Assembly (NCBI GenBank): GCA_965235115.1
Contig: OZ249436.1
Span: 23,128,001-23,192,000 of the forward strand
Direction of reading: 5' to 3'
DNA from: Laetmonice hystrix
Lineage: Eukaryota
DNA: 64,000 bases
Numbering within the stretch: position 1 is the stretch's first letter; every line of letters starts with the position of its first letter. Shown piece after piece: positions 12,758 through 26,781 of the stretch. Under the pieces are notes generated by a model. It ran no database searches, was not told the origin of the DNA, and saw nothing but the letters and a program-made list of their open reading frames with translations. A program made the position numbers and the translations under genes.

Positions 12758-15683
12758 TCCGTATGGAATCCCCCTGAATGACACTGGCAGATAGAATGCG
12801 CATACATTGTATAATGGTCGTGGGCAATCCATGCTAGCCCAACCCCCATCCCGGGCTGGGGCTTGGGCTAGCCATACCCTCACCCTTACTCTTACTGCCC
12901 TGCTCCTACAGGCTACATAATCCGGGGCATAATTTTGTGATAGTATAGGCCTATAGACGTCGGCCTATCAAGTCCATCACATTAGGTAAATGGTGGGTGT
13001 TTACTCTGTCTATCACCGAGAGCAGCCCGGACGGAGGTAAAATCTGTCACCGAGCTCAAGAGGGCAAAGATGTGTGTGTGGGGTATACTTTTAACCCATT
13101 ATCTTGTGAAATTGCCAGTGAACCGCCCTAGAAACCGCCGTTCTCTTTTTTAATTACTAACAATAAAACTTCTCATGGTAGTGTAGAGCAAACTTTAAGG
13201 GTATATAATTAGACAGATTCAGAGTGGCATGCTATATAGATATTAGGTTCACCCATCTTGGTCAAATAAAAGGCATTGATTGCATGCTCCTCTTTGAGTC
13301 AGCTCCCTGATTGACAGAGAACGTGCCGAACTATAGGCTATTAGCTTTGCGGGAGTATAAAATGGCTACGCTAGCATGTATAAGGCAATTAGACACCCAC
13401 GCGAAGTCTTTACAATACCCATTGATTCCGCAAACATTATTTTTACTGTAGGCCTATAGTCCCTGTAACCTTTGAAGGACGTTGCTGCGGACTATCGCGT
13501 GCTACTCTCAGCTGTCGCTAACCCAAACATTAGCATTGCTGTCATCATTTGTGACAAGATGTTTGCCGAGGATGTATCTTGCCAATAATTTATTTCCCCA
13601 ATTAGATTACACTGGCGCGGTGCGAGGGCGGGCGAAGCGCACGTCGTCAGTTGCCGGCGACTGTCGGCTGCAGAGGCAAACAGTCGAACCCCCGGAACAA
13701 TTGCAAGATGGCCGCAAAACGCCAACCCCATTCATCAAGGCTAATCGGCAAAGATGTGTGATATTGAAACGCTACCGCCATTAGAAAATTAAACGAGAAA
13801 TAACTCGGATAATGATATTATTTGCGTATGCATTAAAGTGTACGCGCAGTTCACCCCCGTTGCTGACTTAAGCTGGAGAAGATCGGCTTCAATCAACGCG
13901 CCAATTCTAAAGTTGCTGCAGCAACAAAAAGCTACACTGGCGAAATCATATTAGCCGTCGGCGGAATCTCGTTTCTAATCTTGGTGTCATTTATAATTCC
14001 CGTCTCGCTTTGAAGAAATAACAAATCGGACGGCAATCGGATTAGTGTAGCGCAAATAATCACCTCGCGTCCGACTGAATTCTGACACGTCTGCCGCGAG
14101 CACAATGCGGCTGAAGGACACCTAGGTGAAATAGGGAAAGCACGACGCAATCCCTTCGAAAGCATTCGCAGTGAGAGGCAAGCAGAAGACTTTATTCTTG
14201 ACGAATCCCCGTGACGTGTGGGATTTATTGCTTTATCTTTTATCTCGTTAATATCGGGCGGGGATGGACCAGTTGATTTCACTGGGGATGCCAGGCAATA
14301 GGGAGGGTCTATTATGAGGTGGTGTATGGTCGCATATCCGCCCCTCCAATTTCGCGCTTGACCAGGGGCATAACTTGGTCGTGACACCGAGGGCTTCCTT
14401 TCACCGCAAGATAACGTTTCATCGCTGAGTGGGAATCAAATTCTAAAGGACGTTCTCTTCGATTGTAGCAGCGGGGTGTGGTCACCGAAAATTATGCAGA
14501 TGTTGCGGTCTCAACGCAAGCGGAAGGAGATCTTTATTAAGCTTTTTGTTCCATCGTAATTGTTCGTATTTCCATAGACAAAGGCTTCTTAGTTTGAGAT
14601 AATTAGGACCAATGCATGAAAAAGATGCTCTCATTAAGGGTATGCTTTGACCTTGTAGCAGTTTCAGAAGAAACTAAGAATTATTTCTTGGTGTTGGGAA
14701 CAGTGCATGCCGCATCGACTGTTTCCGTATTGTGTAAAGATGTTCTTGTCTATGGAGAGGCTTACAATGCCGTTTGGGGATTAAATTAAAAGAATCCTAC
14801 ATAGCAAGATAGGCGTATCACAAATGAACATACACTGATGCGCCTCATGAACACAGCCGGTTTCCTAGCGGTTGGAGCAACGGTGGGACCGCATGGTGTA
14901 CATCGCTATGCCGTTCGGCTGGTGTGGATCATTGTCACAGTGGCGATGTCGTTACGGTATGTCAGCTGGTCCGCGCTTACGGTTTAATACGGCAAACACC
15001 GACTATGTCTTATTTCAATGACTCCAAAATGCATCGGTTCATCGCCCGATGTATTTCGTTGGCTGTTCAAGTCAATGCCAGGTCAACAACAAGGTTTGAA
15101 ACGATCGCTTCATAGCAAAAACAGGCAACTGGAATGTTGAATTTTATTATATAATTTATTTTATTTCTCCATTTCTGTGGGTATACATTTTATTGATTTA
15201 TGTAAGGCCTTATCTGACCCAACAACCAATATCTGCATTTTGGAGTCATTGAAAAATAAGAGATAGTCAGTGTTTGCTTTAAGGTTAGCGACCGTACCAT
15301 TGTACATCAGAAAACACTTTCAGCGACAACTATAATGCGACCTCTTCTTTACGCAGCGTAGCGACTATTGTAGCCAATCATACAGCAATCATATTGTATC
15401 CAACACTCTCAGCAACGGGGCGTTGCATATTCAAGAGATCTTAAATATGCAACGGGGGCGGTGGCACTAGAGTCAGCATTGCGTCAGCACTGGTGATTTA
15501 ATATGTAAATAGTGCTTTATAAAAATTCTGCTGGGGGGGGGGGACAAACTAACCCCCGCACCCCCCCCCCCCCCCCCACACACACACCCATTCCGGACAT
15601 TCTTAAAGTAACTGGGTTACGCCTGATACCCGTGCATCTAAAAACATCACACAATTAATTAGCCAGTGCCATGATGGCCTTAA

Positions 15684-15964
15684 AGGTAATATGTCACGAA
15701 TTTCGAATAATACGTCGTGTTTCAGCAATAATATGTCTGCATTGCGGTTCTCCGATATGCCCAAAAGGTCCCCTACCTGTTTATGTAGCTTTGGCCGGTA
15801 TTTTGTTAAAAAATCGCCAATTCTTAATGCGGTCACTGAAAATGACACTCCGAGACCCCGGGATTCGCAGCCTGCTGTGCTTTGCACCCTTTTCACACGA
15901 TCGGTGGATGGACCATTATAGTCCCCCTATCATTTTATAGATTTGAGATTTGTTATTTATTTAC

Positions 15965-15999
<35 letters not shown>

Positions 16000-16345
16000 T
16001 GTTTGTTTGTTTGTTTGTTTGTTTGTTTGTTTGTTTGTTTGTTTGTTTGTTTGTTTGTTTGTTTGTTTGTTTGTTTGTTTGTTTGTTTGTTTGTTTGTTT
16101 GTTTGTTTGTTTGTTTGTTTGTTTGTTTGTTTGTTTGTTTGTTTGTTTGTTTGTTTGTTTGTTTGTTTGTTTGTTTGTTTGTTTGTTTGTTTGTTTGTGA
16201 GTGAGTGAGAATTTCACAGCTGTCTACTCGTAGTATGTGTTAACAGATTTAATATGAAAACAATCAGTGCCATAAAGTACGTCAGTGGTGAGCAGGTAAG
16301 CAGGAAACTGAAGATTTCGGTCGATACCCCCCTGACATACTTCCT
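15684..16345 (+). mobile_element. Kolobok-like MITE with TTAA TSD, copy 1
   Basis: TTAA|AGGTAATATGTCA ... TGACATACTTCCT|TTAA. Homologous, inverted, to 46172-46708. Confidence 0.8.
15953..16197. repeat. Compound (ATTT)n(GTTT)n microsatellite
   Basis: Read directly. Confidence 0.98.
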
Positions 16346-17150
16346 TTAACAGTGGCATGTTCCGTAGAAACCATGTGTCACTCTTTCCAGGAAAACATGG
16401 ATTTCGTTTTATCGGAAGATGTGTGTAGGGGGGAGGGTGCATTGCCCTGCTCGACCACCAAAGCTTCCTATTCCATTAGAGGACTATACAACTTTTCTCT
16501 TTCCGGACAATTTGAAAGTAACCGGGTAAAGGGAGAAACACACACATAATTTTCAGGCATGGACACATTCTTCATCTTGAAGCGTATTTTTTAACATTTA
16601 TATTATAAAACTAGATATGTTATGGCTCCAAAACTGAAACGAGCAGCGCCCTTTTCTATATTTTGTAAGATTTTTTTCCAACTGCAAATAAGCAACACAA
16701 AGTCAATGTGTCAGCTCCGTTATATCAATATATTGACATTTGCTTAATACTAATTTCTATTGTATTCTACCTCTTCCTAATCCTTTACGTTTCCATTACT
16801 CTTTACTTAGGTTAATTACATTGGGAACACGTCCAAAATGCTCAAAAGAAAATGTTCTGTCACGGAGGTGACTGTAACGGAGTTGATGATTTTGGTATCA
16901 TTGGGGCTGTGGTGGTCGGTCACATGGCACACTATGAAACTGAAACAAATGTGGCTCAAAACTTGCTACGTGACATCTGTCACATGTCACGTGTGTTGAT
17001 CAGTTTCTATGGTTACTTCTGCCTTTATAGTAACGGAGTTGATGGATGAATAAAGCTACTACTCTGTTTTTCGACTTTTGTTTAAAAAATGTTGACAGAT
17101 TCTTCAAGAGGGAAGGTCAACAATGCACCGTGAATTTCCCCTCAGAAAAC

Positions 17151-17535
17151 AGTTCTGCCGGCAGAGCTATTCCTTCCCTCCCGCCGGGATATGTCGGGAG
17201 AATACCACGGGTAATTTACCTCGGGCGCCTTCACACCTGGCGCGCTCCCGCTATAGCAGGTACTTGCCGGTGTGCCATGAAATATTGCAGTCATGAAATA
17301 TTGCCGCATTGCCCTTTTGTACTGCCATATTTCATGACTGCAACATTTCTTCATAGGCGGCATTATTCCATAGCTATAGGCTATGAAATATTGCAGTCCG
17401 TGGAATATTGCAGTACTAGGCTATTTCATGATTGCAATATTTCATAGGCGGCATTCTTCCATAGCTATAGACTAGGAAATATTGCAGTCCGTGAAATATT
17501 GCACCATTTTATGAAATTAAACTTTTTTCCAAAAC
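17151..17535. repeat. Foldback satellite element, locus 2, with unique ~125-bp leader
   Basis: Leader TTCTGCCGGCAGAGCTATTCC..GCCGGTGTGCC shared with locus 3, followed by ATGAAATATTGCAGTC units. Confidence 0.85.
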
Positions 17536-17975
17536 ATATCGTGGGTTCCTGGGGAGCTCACTGCCGCTATAGCGGCAGGAAAGTTCCCCCGGCAGACCGT
17601 GGGTAGTCTGAACGCTGATCTTTATCAAACCTTATCATTTCTGCCGGCAGAAGCTCTCCCGGCAACAAGGTGTGAACACGGCGAAGGCCGAAAATTAAAT
17701 TAGAACTAGATACGTCACATGAAAGCAGACTTATTGGACACACATGGTAATTTAATCCAGAGGGGAGTGTGAGGAGAAATTTTACTTTTAGAGAAATGCA
17801 ATATAAATAAAAATGAGGTGTTCGTTGAAGGTGTAAGGTCTGGTGTAAGAATTTGATCAAATATATTATGGCAACTCCTTGCGCTAGAGTTTCAGCGATA
17901 ACCATGCGCTCGTAATGCCCCCTGGTGGCTGCTCTCGGCAAATCCCGCGTTCACATTACAGCTACCCGAGGTAAG

Positions 17976-19030
17976 AGTTCTGCCGACAGAGCTATTCCTT
18001 CCCTCCAGCCGGGATATCTCGGTAGCATACCACGGGTAATTTACCTCGGGCACCTTCACACCTGGCGCGCTCCCGCTATATGTAGCAGGTACTTGCCGGT
18101 GTGCCATGAAATATTGCAGTCATGAAATATTGCCGCATTGCGCTTTCGTACTGCCATATTTCATGACTGCAACATTTCTTCATAGGCGGCATTATTCCAT
18201 AGCTATAGGCTATGAAATATTGCAGTCCATGGAATATTGCAGCATTTCATGACTGCAATATTTAATAGGCGGCATTATTCCATATAGGCTATGAAATATT
18301 GTAATCCGTGGAATATTGCAGTACTAGGCCATTTCATGACTGCAATATTTCATAGGCGGCATTATTCCATGGCTATAGGCTATGAGATATTGCAGTCCTT
18401 GGAATATTGCAGCATTTCCTAACTGCAATATTTCATAGGCGGCATTATTCCATAGCTATGGCTAGGAAATATTGCAGTCCGTGCAATATTGCAGTCATGA
18501 AATAGCCTAGTACTGCATTATTCCACAGACAACAATATTTCATAGCCTTTAGCTATGGAATAATGCCGCCTATGAAATATTGCAGTCATGAAATGCTGCA
18601 ATATTCCACGGACTACAATATGTTATAGCTATATCTATGGAATAATGCCGCCTATGTAATATTGCAGTCATGAAATGCTGCAATATTCCACAGACTGCAA
18701 TATTTCATAGCCTTTAGCTATGGAATAATGCCGCCTATGAAATATTGCAGTCATGAAATGCTGCAATATTCCACGGACTACAATATTTTATAGCTATATC
18801 TATGGAATAATGCCGCCTATGTAATATTGCAGTCATGAAATGCTGCAATATTCCACAGACTGCAATATTTCATAGCCTCTAGCTATGGAATAATGCCGCC
18901 TATGAAATATTGCAGTCATGAAATGCTGCAATATTCCACGGACTGCAATATTTCACAGCCTATAGCTATGGAATAATGCCGCCTATGAAATAATGCAGTC
19001 AATACTGCAATATTTCATGCAATATTTCGT
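17976..19030. repeat. Foldback satellite element, locus 3
   Basis: Same leader, then ~83-bp units with an orientation switch at ~18490. Confidence 0.9.
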
Positions 19031-19960
19031 GGGTTCGAATCCCACTATAAATCTTTTCTGATTTTTTGTACACTAAACTCCATCTCTCTAAATGTTCAGT
19101 AGGCCTCAAAAGGGGAGATGTTCTGTTTTTTCACGTTTCTCATAATTCTTTCTGTTTTCTTCCCTTATTTCCCCCCCTTTATTTATTCAGTGGCAGTCTC
19201 GGTCACCCGACTCTCTCTCGCTGTACGAGAGTCTGGGAAAGTTTGTGTCTGGCGTTTGTTCGTCATAAGGTGGCGCCCCGTGCTCCATGTCGTAAGCGAC
19301 CTCAGAGCGGTGTTTGTTTTGGTCAGTTTTCCCGAATAAGATTGTTCTAATATTATAACTAAGAATAAACAGTGTCGTGAGATGTCAATATGTTATTTAA
19401 TGTCCAGCGTCAGTCATTGAAACACGGCAGACCAGGCACCCGGGCGCGAGTCGCAGTCAGTGTCGGACTGCCGACAGTCAACTCGTAATTTTTCATAGGC
19501 CTATAGGCCTACCGGTATATCCCACTGTGCTAGGAATCGTTATCAAACGTACCACCCACAAACTAAGGCTTAGGACTAGATTCTATATAGGCCTATGTTA
19601 GGAGCATATATTTTTTTAAAACCTCATGCGCTCAGACCGGTGTAAAATTGTTAAAAAACGAGTGAATGGCTAGATTCTGTGGGACGCGTGAACACGCCGG
19701 CAGGCCCGACGGGATCACCTGCTCACGCCCCGTCCGGCTTGATATTCCCACGCTCGGTCGCTGCATGCGACCCCCCCCCCCCCCAAATGCTCCGGCTCTT
19801 GGTAGATTTTCGGTATGGACCAATCAGCTGCGAGCAAACCGGAAACTGGAACCGAGTAAACGGGCCGCTTACGGGCTCAACGAAACGAACAACTCTCAGA
19901 TAGGAACTTTTCCAGACCCTCTGCTCGGGCCGCTGAGGGTCTGGATGATCGAGACTGATT

Positions 19961-20243
19961 CAGTGGCGGATCCAGTGCCCTCCCCCCCAGCTGACTCAAG
20001 GGTTATCATTTTGCAGTGTGTCTACGGCGCACCTAAGAGGTTTTATACATATACCAAACCCCCGCCCCGTTGCAAAATCCTGGATGTAGCCCCCCCGTTG
20101 CAAAATCCTGGATGCAGCCCCCTAATTGCAAAATCCTGAATGTAGCCCCCCAGTTGCAAAATCCTGGATGCAGCCCCCCAGTTGCAAAATCCTGGATGTA
20201 GCCCCCCCCCCCCTCCAGTTGCAAAATCCTGGATCCGCCCCTG
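19961..20243. mobile_element. hAT-like MITE with an internal ~30-bp tandem repeat
   Basis: TIRs CAGTGGCGGATCCAG and CTGGATCCGCCCCTG. About 6 copies of GTTGCAAAATCCTGGATGYAGCCCCCC at 20069-20240. No clean TSD. Confidence 0.7.
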
Positions 20244-20843
20244 TTATTGTTGTAGTTAGACTATGGTCATGTCTCGTCAGTTTTAAGGCTAGCTCGAATG
20301 AAATTTGCACTGAAGGTCTACTATGGTCTGACCAACCCAGCAATACGTAATGCAACGTCATGTAAGGATTTTATAACGTACTAAAGACATCCAAGTGGGT
20401 ATTTATATTCTCATGGAACCCATTCAGTAATATTTCATTCATATTCAACTAATCTGATAGTGTATGTGTATCTAAATTAAACTTGTAGGTCTAGCACTTC
20501 ATGGGACAGAATAAAGGTCCATGAAGAAACTTTTTTCTATAAAAGTTGGAAATGGGATAAATGATTGCCTGCAATCACCCGTCTAGTTTAAATATTATTT
20601 GTCTTTTGCCAATGTAACAAATTCTTCAACCGACCTCTATAGCTCATTCGGTTATGGCGCTTGAATGTAAATCCAGGGAAATTTGTTCCCTCTTTCTCTT
20701 GATTTATGGTTTAGTTTTTTATATCTTGAAAAACAAATGACTTGGCAATTGAGACACTCAATTTTCGAAGCCTCTAATTCTAGTGAAAGAGATTTCTTTG
20801 CATGGAAGAGGTTGAGAAACCCGAAAAAAACGAGGATGGCCTT

Positions 20844-20904
20844 TTTGTGGTGATATCGGTTTAAACCCTCGCTTCGCTCGGGTCCAAACCGGTATCACCA
20901 CAAA
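20844..20904. other. Isolated DNA hairpin with CTCGCTTCGCTCG loop region
   Basis: Arms TTTGTGGTGATATCGGTTT and AAACCGGTATCACCACAAA. The loop resembles that of the hairpins at 34.6 and 36.6 kb. Confidence 0.6.
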
Positions 20905-21625
20905 CAGGGTAAGAGATCCACCTTGGTGGCCGAGTTTGTAGGATATCCAATTCCCAGTGTGGTTCAGAGGGGTTCAATCCCGCTGCCCGCAGCCTCTCAA
21001 TAGGCGCGGCATCGGTAGGCATACCAGTCAGGTGGAACCAAAGCGGCCGCCCGCAACAATATCAGGCCCACGGGGTGTATAAGGAATTTGACGATTTCGC
21101 CAACTTAACTTCATGTATATTCAATTATGTGTTATTCTTTTCCCATTCGTTGTGATTGCGTTGTATATCATTTATGAAAATAAGACATATTATGTTCTAA
21201 CCTGCTTCCGTGACCCAGAACGGTTCTGCGCCGCAATAGGTCTCAGGGCGTGTCGACAGATGTGGAGTTGATATTTACCTTCGATTAGACACCAGGCCCT
21301 GACATTTTTCAACCTTCAGTAAATGGTGCACACATGTGATGTCGGCACGCCTGACCGATCGCCATGGCGGCCAACTCTGGTGGGGCGAGCTCGACGTTCA
21401 CTGCGCCAAGTCACGCGTGTTGAAGCGGCATACAACATTCATGGCACCGCTATCCATGCAGTTGCTTACCAACCCACATTTGGTCTCTGCTTGCGCCATA
21501 TGACCTTTTCCATGTGGCGCGCGCTATACTCTATTAAATCTAATCAAATACGGCAAGATCCAAGGTTTTAACGATACATAGATACCAGCAAATGTAAATG
21601 GTAAACCATATTATATATTGACATT

Positions 21626-21689
21626 ATTATTACGTCTCCCCCCAGCTGGGGGAGACGTTTTGTTTTGCACGCTGTTTCTGACCGCTCTC

Positions 21690-21745
<56 letters not shown>

Positions 21746-24700
21746 TGTTTCTTTTATTTTCTTCTTTTTGGAATAACTCGGCCACTGTTAGAGAGGGAGT
21801 TATCAAATTTGAAATGGCCCGACAGAACCTTCTGAAAAATCTTTGTTTCTACTTATAGTGCCATTTGACCTTTGACCTCTTCTGTGGCACGAATGTGCCA
21901 ACTTGTGCTGTGATCACGATAACGCGAGAAAAATAGCCTGAATCGATCCAAAATTGGTATGTCGGCCTTCTTTCATCCGGGGCTTGGACAAGTTTGAAAA
22001 CCAGTTTGGTTGACCCAGAACTTTCAAGATGGCGGCTGATCTAAAAAAATGGCACGTGCCATTTTTTTGCCAAAGCCATAACTCGGAAAATACTGGCTGG
22101 AATAACATCAAATTTGGTCAGCAGGATCATCTATGTGCCAAATTTAGATTTCCCGGAGGACACGTTCCTGTGACCCCAGATGACCTCTGTGTGACCTTCA
22201 ACATTTTCGAAGTGGTTGGGCGCTTACTTGACGTCAGCTCAAAAACTACCGGGGCTAGAAAGTCCTAATTTGGGGAAAAGACAACTGTGGATATTTTCTC
22301 GGGATTTTGCTATTTTAAGCACTTCATGACCTTTGACCTCAGTACCGTGCCAACCTTAGAGAAGCCTTTTATATATCCCAAACCCCTGACCGTATCTTTA
22401 TGAAACTTGGTGGAGAAGAATCTCCAGGTCTTTGCCTACAACCGCTACATTAAGTGTTTTTCTCTACAGTTAATAGTTTCCGACTTATGCGGCTTACACA
22501 GCGCGTAAACAACTTGTTTCTGATTGGCTGTATGCTAATGAGTATCCAGAACTAGCGTGGAAAAAAAATTCGCCAGCGGGCCCGCTCCCAGTCACTGGCC
22601 TGTGCGCCTGTTCTCAGCCGTTGTCCCTGGCAACTCCCGCCAATCCCCAGTCAGGCGTCCTTCTCAACCGTGGTAACTCCCCACCAAACCCCTACACGGG
22701 CCGGCCGCCCGTCCCCCACCTATGGAATACCGGCGACGACATGCGAGATGAGAGACAGTGTGTTTGGGTTAGGGTAAAGGTTAGGCCTACGGTTAGTGTT
22801 AGTTTTCACTTTAGCCCCAAAATTATTGTCATCAGTATTTTCAATTAGCAGTAACTTGGAAATAGAGCCAGATAGGCCCATAGTTACTATTGAAGACAGA
22901 TAGGAAGTCATTATGGCCTTTAAAATGACACAATTTTTAATTAGGTCACGTGACCCTACGTGACTCTATGACATCATCGGTATTTTCAATTAGCAATAAC
23001 TTGGAAACAGAGCCAGATAGGCTCATAGTTACTATTGTAGACAGATAGGAAGTCATATATGGCCTTTAAAATGACACCATTTTAAATTAGGTCACGTGAC
23101 CCTACGTGACTCTATGACGTCATCAGTATTTTCAATTAGCAGTAACTTGGAAATAGAGCCAGATAGGCCCATAGTTACTATTGAAGACAGATAGGAAGTC
23201 ATTATGGCCTTTAAAATGACACAATTTTTAATTAGGTCACGTGACCCTACGTGACTCTATGACATCATCGGTATTTTCAATTAGCAATAACTTGGAAACA
23301 GAGCCAGATAGGCCCATAGTTACTATTGTAGACAGATAGGAAGTCATATATGGCCTTTCAAATGACACCATTTTTAATTAGGTCATGTGACCATATATGG
23401 CTGTATGACGTCATCAGTGTTTTCAGCTGGCAGTAACTTGGAAAAAGAGCCAGATAGGCCCATACGTACTAGTGATACCCATAGGAAGTCATATGGCCTT
23501 TCAAATGACACCATTTTTAGTTAGGTCACGTGACCCTACGTTGCCCCATGACGTCATTGGTATTTTAAGATGGCTGTAACTTAGAAACAGAGCCAGATGG
23601 GGCCATGGTTCCTATTAAACTCATATGGAAAATCATATATGAGTTTTCAATTTACGTCAATTTAAATGCTGTCACGTGACCCCATCTGGCTTAATGACCC
23701 TTTTTAGGTAATTTTCAACCAAAGATCAGTGATATCTCGAAAACGGTTAAAGATATCAATGTCTGGGTTTCACCTTTGGGTTTAGCATAAAAAACTTGAC
23801 CCATCCTCAGCGAATTTGAAAAATCCAAGATGGCGGCCAAGTTGACCTAATTTCCAATTTCAGCACCATTGGATTGGGTAATAGGTCCACTATCTCTGAC
23901 ACCGAGATGGCTCCCCTAAATTCGATAGTTTCCATCTTATGGCCCCTCAAAGTTGGCCCTTTTAGGTTATTTTAAACCAAACATCAGTGATACCTCGAAA
24001 ACGGTTAAAGATATCAATGTCTGGTTTTGACCATTGGGTTTGGGATGAAAACCTTGAGCCATTTTCCCTGAATGTGAAAAATCCAAGATGGCGGCCAAGT
24101 TGACCTAATTTCCGATTTTAACACCATTGGATTGGGTAATAGGTCAGCTGTCTCTGACACCGAGATGGCTCCCCTAAAATCAATAGTTTCCAAGTTATGG
24201 CTCTTCAAAGTTGGCCCTTTTAGGTCATTTTCAACCAAAAATCAGTGATATCTCTAAAACGGTTAAAGATATCAACGTCTGGTTTTCACCATTGGGGTTA
24301 GGATGGAAAACTTGACCCATTTAAACTGAATTTGAAAAATCCAAGATGGCGGCCAAGTTGACCTAATTTCCGATTTTAAAACCATTGGATTGGGTAATGG
24401 GTCAGCTGTCTCTGACACCGAGATGGCTCCCCTAAAATCAATAGTTTCCAAATTATGGCTCTTCAAAGTTGGCCCTTTTAGGTCATTTTCAACCCAAAAT
24501 CAGTGATATCTCTAAAACGGTTAAAGATATCAACGTCTGGTTTTCACCATTGGGGTTAGGATGGAAAACTTGACCCATTTGAACAGAATTTGAAAAATCC
24601 AAGATGGCGGCCAAGTTGACCTAATTTCCGATTTTAACACCATTGACTGGTGAATGGGATACCTGTGCCCTGGGCACCTCGCAACTAGTTAATCTTTTCT

Positions 24701-24843
24701 TTCGCATAGAAAATCTGCCATAGCTATATCATTGCTTTTGCAACACACTACTTTCATACTAATTAGTCCTCTCTCAAAAATTATATGATGTCATTACTTT
24801 AAAAAAGGGGAGACGTCCTGTTCGGACTGAACAATTTCTAGTT
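21626..24843 (+). mobile_element. Complete HINE/Helentron-type non-autonomous element with two internal satellites
   Basis: 5' sub-TIR ACGTCTCCCC with adjacent inverted GGGGAGACGT, then (CTTT)n at 21690-21746. 3' sub-TIR GGGGAGACGT, hairpin TGTTC..GAACA and CTAGTT. Internal 145/146-bp repeat x~6 (22830-23690) and 258-bp repeat x~4 (23700-24650). Confidence 0.85.
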
Positions 24844-25726
24844 ATTGTTTGTTTTCTGTGACGGCAGTGGGATTGACTCATATTGTAATGAGATTCAATA
24901 ACTACTAATTCGATTTCTATTTAAAAAAAATCATTTAAAGATATAAGTATGTTATACGCGTCTACTTCGTCGCGCACTACTCATGAGAGTATCTTGATCC
25001 ATCTGTCTTCACAGAGAGAAGGGCAATAATTTGTATAATAAACAACAGTGAAGTTGACATTCTTTGGGACCTGCCCGGCTTTCTCCGGCCGGCGAGCATC
25101 CTCGAGGTGGTCAGGGCGCGGTCAGGCATGACCTCTGTTTGAGCGCCGCCTGTCACTCTGAGCCGTTGTGTCACAATACGGACCGAAGTGTTAATACACC
25201 ATTAGACAACTTAACAGTTGCGGGCCCCGCACGCCGCTCACTGGCGCTCAAATGTTTGTCGTGATAAATCACTTGAAAAGCGTCAGTGCGCCGGAACGGA
25301 TTGCGAGGATCCGACAGAGACTTGATCTAGGCGGCCAGTGGATCCCCAAAGGTCGGCCGAATGCGGGCCAACCGCAGGTTCACTCCGCCAAACTGCTGCA
25401 TGCCGCCCGGTCATAACCTGTCAGTGGTGACCCGCCTGCTCCCACCAGATTTACATCCGGGTCACCGACAGCTTGTCCCTCCGCCTATCCACATGATCCC
25501 ATTTACAGTCAGCGGCACCCCCTCCTGTGATTGACCTATCTAACAGATATCACCCTCGAATCCAAGGGAAAGATTAAAACTGCGACCCTTAATCCTTGGT
25601 CAGAACGCATAATCCTGGATTATCCAGAGGCCCCTATGTAAGAAGCTCGTGCAAAGAACGTAATATCTTCTGTACCTACTTTTACCAGATGAATCTGTGA
25701 ATCTTAATGCAAACTGAACTTACGCT

Positions 25727-25914
25727 CAGGGCCGTAAATTTGAAGGGAATAATTTTGGCCGAGGCGGACGCCGGAGGTATGAGCCGTTCATGCGGCCGGG
25801 GGGGGGGGGGGGGTGTCTGGGAGGCCTACCTCAGAATTTTTTTGCAATACATTTTTTGGCAATACATTTTTTGGGGCAGCTGCCTCGGCTGCCTCAATGT
25901 AATTTACGGCCCTA
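25727..25914. mobile_element. hAT-like MITE
   Basis: TIRs CAGGGCCGTAAATT and AATTTACGGCCCTA, internal G-run. TSD not recognisable. Confidence 0.65.
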
Positions 25915-26781
25915 TGACGGTCAAATTGTGAAACGTCGATCAATAAATCTCCAACCATGCTGTCAGGGATTCGGTTAAAATTTGGTGCCAATCCAGCACT
26001 GCTGGATTGAATTAGGCCTGAGATGGGCATTGTCTCTGCCCGTCCCGGTCATGTCTCTCTCTGAAAGGGTCCTCCACGTGGCCACTTACCCAACAGAAAC
26101 ACGACCAGGATCCTCGCTTCACATGGCAGTCTCTTTTTGCCCATTGCATGTTTATTTTGTAGTATCCCACGGCGTCAGCTTCTCAAAGATAAATGTCGAA
26201 ATGTCGTGAGCAGCCTCTGTACGTGTTTGTTGAAAGTCAACATGAGGAACAAACTTGTGGGCTCAAATAATGGCCGCATTCGCGCGCAGCTATACAAAAC
26301 AGATGCTTTCATTTTATAACAACGCCGCGAAGACACAAACAGGAAACGCGGAATCTGCACAAAACGATACGACAAGCCCTACTATCAGACGGCGTTAAAA
26401 GGACCCAGTTTATCCCATTTCGTAATTGGCGCAGCAATCAAAGGATTTCCATTCCGCACACACGGAGTCATTGATCGAATATTCTGAGACACGCCTCTGC
26501 CCCCCGGGAAGAAATTACAAATTAATTGGCGCTTTATCCCGCGTCGTAATGGTATCAGTGATTTAATTTGCCACCAATCGGCTGGAGGGCACACAGAGGA
26601 GACGGCCTTGGCCATGAGTCGTGCGAGGGCCCAATGGTAGGGATGACCGTCCACACTCGGGCCGGGGGCGGCGGCAGGACGGCCAGTTCGCCATACAAAG
26701 ATTGAAACGCCAGCCACTCAAAGTGGAAGCCGATGCTGCCTAAAGAAATAAATAGGGAAGGAAGAAACATCTTCGGGGGAA

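Noticed and set aside
15882..16217. Hydrophobic FVCL-repeat ORFs
   Set aside because: Translations of the (GTTT)n microsatellite.
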